Under the pieces are notes generated by a model. That model did no database searches, was not told the DNA's origin, and worked only from the letters and a program-made list of their open reading frames with translations. DNA of 18,722 nucleotides from IMG/VR virus record IMGVR_UViG_3300045988_025530, one strand, 5' to 3'. The translations under genes were made by a program, and so were the position numbers. The DNA is from a virus. Shown here one piece after another: positions 13,502 through 18,722 of the stretch (position 1 is the stretch's first letter; every line of letters begins with the position of its first letter).

Positions 13502-14954
13502 TAAAAGTATGGCCGTCATCATTGATATGGCGTGAACCGGGTATAAACTCATCATAGGGGATGGGGGCGGCTCGATGTACGCCGCTCAAACGCATTACCG
13601 TATCGCCGCCCGTTTCCACGCCGCAATATTTGCGATTGCCGAGGATACGGAGCCTGTCATAGGTGTGGTCGTTTTTCCACGCGCCTAGTTTTCGGTCATC
13701 CGTTTCTATACCTGCGGGCGCGTCCAGCCCTTCCAGTATCATGCCGTCGGTATCGGCGTAGAGTACGCGCTCGGCGTTATCGTTCATGGCGCGGGATAGT
13801 ATTCGCCTCCCGTAGGCGTTGACATATGCGGCGGTTGGCAACCATGCCAGACTGTTGGCCGACTCGGGTTTATCCACGGTAAAATCCACGCCACCGTCCA
13901 CGGACGGTTTCGGGTGTAACATGGGCCGGTAGAGGGAGGCCCCGAATTTTCCCACCAGTGAATTCAGCAACAGTTTCGCCATCTGCCTGCGCTCCCCGGT
14001 TTCTGTTTGTTTCACGTGGAACCATTTGTCCACGTATGTGTAGTAGAGTCCGTGTGATTTGCGGAATTTCCAGCCGCCGATATGCTCCCACACATGGATG
14101 TCATAGTTTTCGGCCAGCGTTTCCCAATCCACATCCGTGACCGGCATAGTTACGACGCCGAGCGTACTATCCAGACGTTCACCCTCATACCCCCATACGG
14201 GTAGGATATTGGTGAGTGTCGCCGTTTTTCCCGGTTTCAACCTTGCATCAAACGCAATGACATCGATATGGAGCGGATAGTCATTGTCATGTTGATACTT
14301 CCCGTCGTACCATATGGGTGAGCCTACCGGCATGGGCGCATCGCGCATGATACTCGGGTAGAGGCTGTTCACGTCCCAGCTTCGGCAATCCCGGTATTCG
14401 CCCGGCTTGCTGTATACTATCGCCCCATAGTAGGCGGGGCGCATACGGTGATAAACATCTTTGTCCAATGACGGAAAATGACGTTTGAATCCGGCGTAAT
14501 CCCCGTCGATATAGTCGGTCATTGCCATTGACGCTATCGTAGTGCCCCTGAGATTCAGGGAAGCGCATTCCTGCGCGATATTCCACGTGGTTTCCAAGTC
14601 ATCCGCGCCGCCGAATGTTTCACGTAAAACATTCAAGCCATCGTCGCGCGTAATATTGCGCACGTCCACAAAATCCACGGTGATACCGCCCATGCGCACG
14701 CGGAAACTGTAGAAATGTCCACGGATGTTAAACGTGCCCCACACACCGTCCTTGGCTGGGTTCGACTGCGAGGGGAGTCGTTTCAACAGTTCGGCGGCTA
14801 TGGGCTTGATGTCCTGCCATCCGTGGGCACACCATACGCGCGTATGATAATTGAGCATGGTGAGACGGATGACGGTGTTCACCGTCAATGGTTCCATGCC
14901 GTCATCCGTCAATAGTGTTGCGCCGTCTGTTGCCGCCGTTCGACGCTCTTTCAT
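13494..14954 (-). CDS. Family-B protein-primed DNA polymerase (phi29 gp2-like), short N-terminal domain
   Basis: Motif A is DVNSLYPSIM (phi29 DVNSLYPAQM). DGKYQHDNDYPLHIDVIAFDARLKPG compares with EGKYVWDEDYPLHIQHIRCEFELKEG. YxGA is PAYYGA. Motif B is KLLLNSLVGKF (phi29 KLMLNSLYGKF). Motif C is LYADTDGM (phi29 IYCDTDSI). KxY is NRKY. RBS is AAAGGA. Confidence 0.95.
   Translation of the reverse strand: MKERRTAATDGATLLTDDGMEPLTVNTVIRLTMLNYHTRVWCAHGWQDIKPIAAELLKRLPSQSNPAKDGVWGTFNIRGHFYSFRVRMGGITVDFVDVRNITRDDGLNVLRETFGGADDLETTWNIAQECASLNLRGTTIASMAMTDYIDGDYAGFKRHFPSLDKDVYHRMRPAYYGAIVYSKPGEYRDCRSWDVNSLYPSIMRDAPMPVGSPIWYDGKYQHDNDYPLHIDVIAFDARLKPGKTATLTNILPVWGYEGERLDSTLGVVTMPVTDVDWETLAENYDIHVWEHIGGWKFRKSHGLYYTYVDKWFHVKQTETGERRQMAKLLLNSLVGKFGASLYRPMLHPKPSVDGGVDFTVDKPESANSLAWLPTAAYVNAYGRRILSRAMNDNAERVLYADTDGMILEGLDAPAGIETDDRKLGAWKNDHTYDRLRILGNRKYCGVETGGDTVMRLSGVHRAAPIPYDEFIPGSRHINDDGHTFML
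14009..14022. repeat. Palindrome GTTTCACGTGGAAC (one mismatched pair), site 3 (inside pol)
   Basis: Read directly. The minus strand encodes F-H-V-K-Q (TTC CAC GTG AAA CAA), a different codon register from sites 2 and 4. Confidence 0.45.
14613..14634. repeat. 22-bp palindrome GAATGTTTCACGTAAAACATTC (one mismatched pair), site 4 (inside pol)
   Basis: Read directly. The minus strand encodes N-V-L-R-E-T-F. Confidence 0.45.
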
Positions 14955-14966
14955 GATTCCATCCTT

Positions 14967-15911
14967 TTAGTGTCGTGCCGCGCTGGTCATCCATTCATCG
15001 AGTCGCGTCTCTACATCACCCGCGTCCGCCTTCGTCTCCCATTTATGTGTCTTATCATTATACCATGTAGCTTCCCGTACCACGGTGCCAAAATTCGTGT
15101 TGTTTATCAACCATCGTTTTTGACGGTTCGATAAAGACGCGAATTTTCGGGCGACATTGGCGTCGAATGCTTCGAGTTGCTGTTCGACCCTATCAAAATC
15201 CGCAACCCCCTCGTTCTCGGGAATCTTTCCAGTACCTGCATGTAATGGCGCGCGTCCTACAAGCCCGGCGTATTCGAGTATCTCCCTTTCAAGCCTACTC
15301 CTGCCCCCCTCTCGTATCATCATACGCGCGTGGCTCATGCCACGCTCCGAACCGAACACGTTCTCCCGGTTGCGCGTGAGTTCGTCACGCGCCGAACCGC
15401 CGACCGTATGAGTGCCTAACACATCAAACGGGGATTCTCCAGCGCGTTCCATCTCACGCATTTCGCCCACGGTGTAGTTGGCCATGCTCAATGCGTCGAA
15501 TTGTTGGGCGCGTTTGATTTTCCGCCGTGCCTCGATACGGCGGCGCTGTTGCTGTCGTAATGTTTTCCGACGTTTCGTCGGGGCGGCGGCGATTTCCGCG
15601 TCGGTAATCAACGGACGCGCCGCCAGTTCCCTATCGAGTTTCGTAATATGCACATCCGGGACAACCTGATACGGCTCGTTGTCCCGGGCCCTTAGGGCTT
15701 GCTGTTGTTCCCCGAACTCCTGCCCGATACGGCGTGCAACCTGTTCGAGTTGTTGGGCGCTGAGTTTTCCCAGAAACGTTTCGGTGATTTGCTTGGGGAG
15801 GTGTCCGGTACTGTAATCCCTGACTGCTTGCTCTCGGCGTACCTGTGCCGACCTGATAGCGGCGTTGCGTTTCAGATTGTTGGCGCGTCGGTTGTTTTTA
15901 CGTTTTGCCAC
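14967..15911 (-). CDS. Putative terminal protein (replication primer), basic
   Basis: It lies immediately upstream of the polymerase, as phi29 gene 3 does. The N-terminus is Arg/Lys-rich (AKRKNNRRANNLKRNAAIRSAQVRRE, compared with phi29 TP ARSPRIRIKDNDKAEYARLVKNTKAKIARTKKK), with a second basic patch PTKRRKTLRQQQRRRIEARRKIKRAQ. The GTG at 15911 is preferred (RBS AAGGGGGAG), because the track start TTG 15986 would put a strong hairpin inside the CDS. No sequence-level homology could be verified. Confidence 0.5.
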   Translation of the reverse strand: MAKRKNNRRANNLKRNAAIRSAQVRREQAVRDYSTGHLPKQITETFLGKLSAQQLEQVARRIGQEFGEQQQALRARDNEPYQVVPDVHITKLDRELAARPLITDAEIAAAPTKRRKTLRQQQRRRIEARRKIKRAQQFDALSMANYTVGEMREMERAGESPFDVLGTHTVGGSARDELTRNRENVFGSERGMSHARMMIREGGRSRLEREILEYAGLVGRAPLHAGTGKIPENEGVADFDRVEQQLEAFDANVARKFASLSNRQKRWLINNTNFGTVVREATWYNDKTHKWETKADAGDVETRLDEWMTSAARH

Positions 15912-15937
15912 AGTCTCCCCCTTGCGAGTATGAAACA

Positions 15938-15971
15938 CCCCTCGCCGCAAGGATGGAAAAACGACGAGGGG
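15938..15971 (-). other. Stem-loop in the SSB-TP intergenic region (attenuator/terminator candidate)
   Basis: CCCCTCGCCG (15938-15947) / CGACGAGGGG (15962-15971) form a 10-bp stem with one G-U in the RNA and a 14-nt loop. On the minus strand it is followed by UGUUUCAUACU. Confidence 0.4.
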
Positions 15972-16035
15972 TGAGTTTGGCGGCAACGTCCCTATAGAGA
16001 CATTGCCATGTTATCATATGATGTGGACAATTAGT

Positions 16036-16473
16036 TTACTTGCGGCCCTTTTCCGACACAAGTTCGAGGTCGAAGAATTTATAGCCACGGCGGCTTTTCT
16101 TTTCCACCACCTTGAGAACAAGCGGATGGTCCCACGTGTCCGGCGTGCCGAAGATGGCGAACAGATTGCCGAAAGCGTGTGCCAGCGTAGGGGACGCGGC
16201 GGCGAAGTCGCCTTCCTCCGCGTGGATTACAACGCGGGTGGAAGAGTTGATTTCGCCCGTTTCCTGATTGGCTACCTCGATGGCCTGAGCAAGCACGTTG
16301 GTCACATGCAGTGGCTCATTGAGATGTTCGTCAACCTTGTCGGCGGTCTGCATGGCGTTATACAACGCCATTTTACCATCCATAGTGTCAGTGTTGAAGA
16401 AATGGGATACGGCGTTGGCACCGTTCGCCGCAAAATTATTGCCGTTCGTTACGGTCAGTTCGTTGTCAGCCAT
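16036..16473 (-). CDS. ssDNA-binding protein, phi29 p5-like
   Basis: VVIHAEEGDFAAASPTLAHAFGNLFAIF...LVLKVVEKKSRRGYKFFDLELVS compares with phi29 p5 TIFAADGSLYSAISKTVAEAASDLIDLV...FKVKVVQGTSSKGNVFFSLQLS. It sits between the p6-like ORF and the TP, as in phi29. RBS is AAGGAAAGG. Confidence 0.6.
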   Translation of the reverse strand: MADNELTVTNGNNFAANGANAVSHFFNTDTMDGKMALYNAMQTADKVDEHLNEPLHVTNVLAQAIEVANQETGEINSSTRVVIHAEEGDFAAASPTLAHAFGNLFAIFGTPDTWDHPLVLKVVEKKSRRGYKFFDLELVSEKGRK

Positions 16474-16502
16474 TGTGTTGCCTTTCCTTACAGGGTTAGT
16501 GA

Positions 16503-16814
16503 TTATTCTTCCTCGGAGATGATATCATCTTCAACCACGTTGCCGTTCATCGACCCCGGATAGTCGATAATGGTATCATCCCCAAACTCACAATTAGCCC
16601 AATAGATTGCCTCATCCATGCGCGTCGCCTGAGCATGATATTCGGCAGACACGGGGAGCATGTCCTTGTTAATCTTACGGGCTTTCTTCATTGCCATGTC
16701 AGGCGTGCGGCACGCGCCATCCACGACTACCTCGGCGTCAACAAGTTCCCCGTTTTCGCCGCGCGTAACACCGCGCACAATACTATAGTGCTTGGCTCGC
16801 TTAATATATGCCAT
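16503..16814 (-). CDS. Putative dsDNA-binding (histone-like) protein, phi29 p6-like
   Basis: 103 aa (phi29 p6 is 104 aa) with an acidic C-terminal tail (VVEDDIISEEE). There is weak colinear similarity: GACRTPDMAMKKARKINKDMLPVSAEYHAQATRMDEAIYWA compared with GNLTMEQAQWRMKRKYKGEPVQVVSVEPNTEVYELPVEKFLEVA. It has the same position relative to SSB/TP/pol. RBS is AAGGTGG. Confidence 0.4.
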   Translation of the reverse strand: MAYIKRAKHYSIVRGVTRGENGELVDAEVVVDGACRTPDMAMKKARKINKDMLPVSAEYHAQATRMDEAIYWANCEFGDDTIIDYPGSMNGNVVEDDIISEEE

Positions 16815-16831
16815 AATCGTGCCACCTTTTC

Positions 16832-17341
16832 TTAATGTTGCTGTTGTCGCGACATTCTTGCAATGTCTTCATCAGTATACCGTGCGTCGGTCAGATTGTC
16901 AAAACGGAGGCACGCAATTTTGATGATAGTCTGAGCGAACCCATCAACCTCCCAAGTCTTGCACATCTCATAGCAGGTTGCGCCCTTGACATGGCAGACA
17001 GCGCACCACGCCACCATTGCCGGACAGTAAATAAGCCCGGACAACATTTCAATGCCCTGCGTTCGTGATAATGCGGCGTACATTGACGAATGAGGCGAGA
17101 TGCTTAGACAAATGTTCGCCGCATGTTCGATACTGTCGGCAAACGCCACCTGACCTCCCTGAGGCTTATAGAAATCCTTAAGCAGTGCCACAGTGCGGCA
17201 AAACGTTTCCCAATCGCCCTCACCACGGTTGTATTCCCGCAAGTGCAGATTACGCCGACGGCCACGAATGACACGGCGCACACGGTCATCGTCCAGCACG
17301 CCATCGTCAAACCAATTCGTACGGTCATCATTGCTCTTCAT
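16832..17341 (-). CDS. Hypothetical early protein (169 aa)
   Basis: ORF 16832..17350. The ATG at 17341 is preferred (GAGAGG RBS, 9-nt spacer). No recognisable motif. Confidence 0.55.
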   Translation of the reverse strand: MKSNDDRTNWFDDGVLDDDRVRRVIRGRRRNLHLREYNRGEGDWETFCRTVALLKDFYKPQGGQVAFADSIEHAANICLSISPHSSMYAALSRTQGIEMLSGLIYCPAMVAWCAVCHVKGATCYEMCKTWEVDGFAQTIIKIACLRFDNLTDARYTDEDIARMSRQQQH

Positions 17342-17343
17342 AA

Positions 17344-17589
17344 TCAACACCTCTCTACCAACGACGTATCAGCCAGCGCCCTCGCATCAACCAGCATATG
17401 AGCCACCTGAGCGTAATCACACGCATCAAACGCCACAGCCGACCAAACCAAACGACGCCCGCCGCCGTCCTGAGGCCGCACCCCATACCGCAGTTCATAC
17501 GTCCGATTATGAGGACAATACACCAGCCGCACATCACCAGACTTAAGCTTGGATGGAATCACGGCCACGACTTCATCATTCGCCATCAT
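17344..17589 (-). CDS. Hypothetical early protein (about 81 aa)
   Basis: ORF 17344..17592 with tandem ATGs after GAAGAAGGTG. It is tightly packed against the downstream ORF. Confidence 0.5.
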   Translation of the reverse strand: MMANDEVVAVIPSKLKSGDVRLVYCPHNRTYELRYGVRPQDGGGRRLVWSAVAFDACDYAQVAHMLVDARALADTSLVERC

Positions 17590-17625
17590 CAAACACCTTC
17601 TTCTTCCTCGAACGGTAAACGCACT

Positions 17626-18054
17626 TCAACATCTTTCTATATCCTTCGCTTCCATAATCACAGTAGAACAACCCTTTGCCAAACACTTTGCATCATACGA
17701 CACAGTACGTTTGAGCTCATCAAAACCACGGAATTCGGCAAATTTCACGTCAAGATGCAAGGGGTCGGATTCGCCTTTCCATTGCAATACATCTATATTC
17801 AGTCTCATCCATTGGAGTTCAATGAACTTATTATAGAGGCACACCGAAGCATGAACATCGCCATCAATGCACTTCATAACACCCTTATGCTTCCTGCAAA
17901 ATCTGACAGGAATGAAATACTCCAGCTCATTTGAAAACGAATTACATCCTACACCAGCGCAGGCCGTTATATAAATAAAATAATTGTCAGGCAATAGACT
18001 ATTAAACAGGTTCACAATAATGTTATCATTAAAATAATTCATCTTTATTCTCAT
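17626..18054 (-). CDS. Hypothetical early protein (142 aa), Cys-rich, encoded in a low-GC island
   Basis: The ORF has an ATGA overlap with the upstream ORF. It contains 9 Cys, including CAGVGC, CRKHKGVMKC and CLAKGC. Local GC looks about 30-40% against more than 50% elsewhere (by-eye counts). Confidence 0.5.
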   Translation of the reverse strand: MRIKMNYFNDNIIVNLFNSLLPDNYFIYITACAGVGCNSFSNELEYFIPVRFCRKHKGVMKCIDGDVHASVCLYNKFIELQWMRLNIDVLQWKGESDPLHLDVKFAEFRGFDELKRTVSYDAKCLAKGCSTVIMEAKDIERC

Positions 18055-18233
18055 AATTCCACAACCTTATAACGCAATTCGATACAATAATACACGCCCG
18101 CCAAATCAACACCGCCATAATACTCGACGGCCTTGATTGCACAGGCATGACTATTACATTCAGCTACGCACTCACATTTGCCATCACTATAATGACGTAG
18201 CACAGCGAATACTTGAACAAGTTTCACGCCCAT
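18051..18233 (-). CDS. Hypothetical early protein (60 aa), Cys-rich
   Basis: The ORF overlaps both neighbours (10 nt and 4 nt), consistent with translational coupling. It contains CECVAECNSHAC. Confidence 0.4.
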   Translation of the reverse strand: MGVKLVQVFAVLRHYSDGKCECVAECNSHACAIKAVEYYGGVDLAGVYYCIELRYKVVEL

Positions 18234-18481
18234 CTCATCACCACCATTTCCTTACCATAAAAACGCTCAGGATGCTCAGAAACAAACCTCATCAAGCGAT
18301 AAACAAAACCCACCATATTATCCATAGCCGAACAAACCTCACCAGTACAAGGGTCATACGTTTCAGTAAAAAACCTTACAACCACGAACCTCTTTAAGCG
18401 ATAACGCAAGACAAGAACCTCCCTCCCATCCAGCTCACGAGCCTCAAAACGAACAGAAACACCAGTCATATCAACCGCCAT
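18224..18481 (-). CDS. Hypothetical first early protein (85 aa, MAVDM...)
   Basis: ATG at 18481 follows AAGGAAGGA of the right-end promoter/RBS cassette. Its N-terminus MAVDM mirrors MVVEM of the ORF at 613. Confidence 0.55.
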   Translation of the reverse strand: MAVDMTGVSVRFEARELDGREVLVLRYRLKRFVVVRFFTETYDPCTGEVCSAMDNMVGFVYRLMRFVSEHPERFYGKEMVVMRWA

Positions 18482-18531
18482 CCTTCCTTATACCTTGGCC
18501 GATACTCATATAATACAACACCACAAAACAC
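18479..18531 (-). promoter_or_regulatory. Putative early promoter + RBS cassette, copy 3 (inner edge of right ITR)
   Basis: This is the reverse complement of copy 1 through GGCCAAGGTA, followed by TAAGGAAGGATGGCGGTTGATATG. The TATTAT -10-like box lies at 18510-18515 (minus strand). Confidence 0.4.
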
Positions 18532-18722
18532 GACACGCAGAAACATCAAAAAAACCCGACGAAAAAAGAACAAGGAAAGAGAATACAACAGAGGTGATAA
18601 CAAATGACAAGACAAGAACAGCAATGAAAAACACAGAACAAAACACAAGAACAAAAACACACAACAGAACAGTTGTGGAAAAAGGCCAGCTGCCAGGAGG
18701 CCACCCCTCCTTTTAGATCGGA
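18491..18722. repeat. Right inverted terminal repeat
   Basis: Exact reverse complement of 1-232. Confidence 0.95.
18715..18722. other. Probable Illumina adapter remnant (AGATCGGA)
   Basis: It matches the first 8 nt of the AGATCGGAAGAGC read-through adapter. Confidence 0.65.

Noticed and set aside
14967-15986. Longer 339-aa version of the putative terminal protein starting at TTG 15986
   Set aside because: The extra 25 codons would contain a 10-bp hairpin and have no RBS. The GTG at 15911 follows AAGGGGGAG. The long form is kept only as an alternative.
1549-16140. Apparent excess of CACGTG hexamers (about 11 copies by eye) as a restriction/modification-related signal
   Set aside because: This is only about 2-fold over the naive expectation of about 4.6. 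Four copies belong to the longer palindrome family, and the rest have unrelated flanks. That is not enough to claim site selection or avoidance without proper statistics.
18508-18722. Outward-facing TATAAT in each ITR (CTCATATAATAC) plus a terminal GGAGG-ccacc-CCTCC-TTTT hairpin, considered as a phi29-style terminal pRNA gene
   Set aside because: The about 200-nt outward transcript would be almost pure A/C and could not form a pRNA-like fold. The TATAAT is simply the reverse reading of the inward TATTATAT box. The stem is only 5 bp, and the T-run is the replication terminus.
1-18722. Searched by eye for tRNA genes, CRISPR repeats, integrase/transposase or lysogeny genes
   Set aside because: Nothing matching these was seen. 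Gene content is that of a strictly lytic, small protein-primed podovirus. A tRNAscan or CRISPR-finder run would be needed for formal exclusion.

Overview
The window appears to be a complete linear dsDNA phage genome (18,722 nt as given) of the phi29/Cp-1 type, a small podovirus with protein-primed replication. Nt 1-232 are the exact reverse complement of nt 18491-18722 (inverted terminal repeats). The outermost 8 nt on each side (TCCGATCT / AGATCGGA) look like Illumina adapter remnants, so the biological ends are probably 5'-AAAAGGAGG. Three small rightward ORFs sit in the left arm (255-1109); everything else is on the minus strand, read inward from the right ITR. In order these are: five small unknown early ORFs (one stretch is clearly low-GC); a phi29-like early replication operon (p6-like DNA-binding protein, p5-like SSB, putative terminal protein, family-B protein-primed DNA polymerase); a 181-nt GC-rich structured non-coding region; then scaffold, major capsid (phi29 gp8-like with C-terminal Ig-like domains), tail knob (gp9-like), portal/upper collar (gp10-like), lower collar, three appendage/fibre ORFs, a tail peptidoglycan hydrolase (CHAP + gp13-like lysozyme), packaging ATPase (gp16-like), holin and a signal-peptide GH25-LysM endolysin. 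I saw no tRNA, rRNA, CRISPR, integrase or transposase. Main second-look items: (1) the structured non-coding element just downstream of the polymerase gene, with a perfect extended -10 box (TGCTATAAT) over the pol stop codon; it could be a pRNA-like ncRNA or a regulatory leader. (2) A palindrome (core GTTTCACGTGAAAC) present four times, once intergenic and three times inside genes in different reading registers. (3) A polymerase whose N-terminal exonuclease domain is short, with ExoI/ExoII acidic residues I cannot find by eye. (4) A promoter/RBS cassette present three times (both ITR inner edges plus one internal copy), with a duplicated left-arm gene module, one copy frameshifted. (5) An about 3-fold expanded Gly-zipper/Asn-Ala-Gln-rich loop in the tail knob. 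All homology statements come from by-eye comparison with remembered phi29 sequences and motifs. No searches were run.
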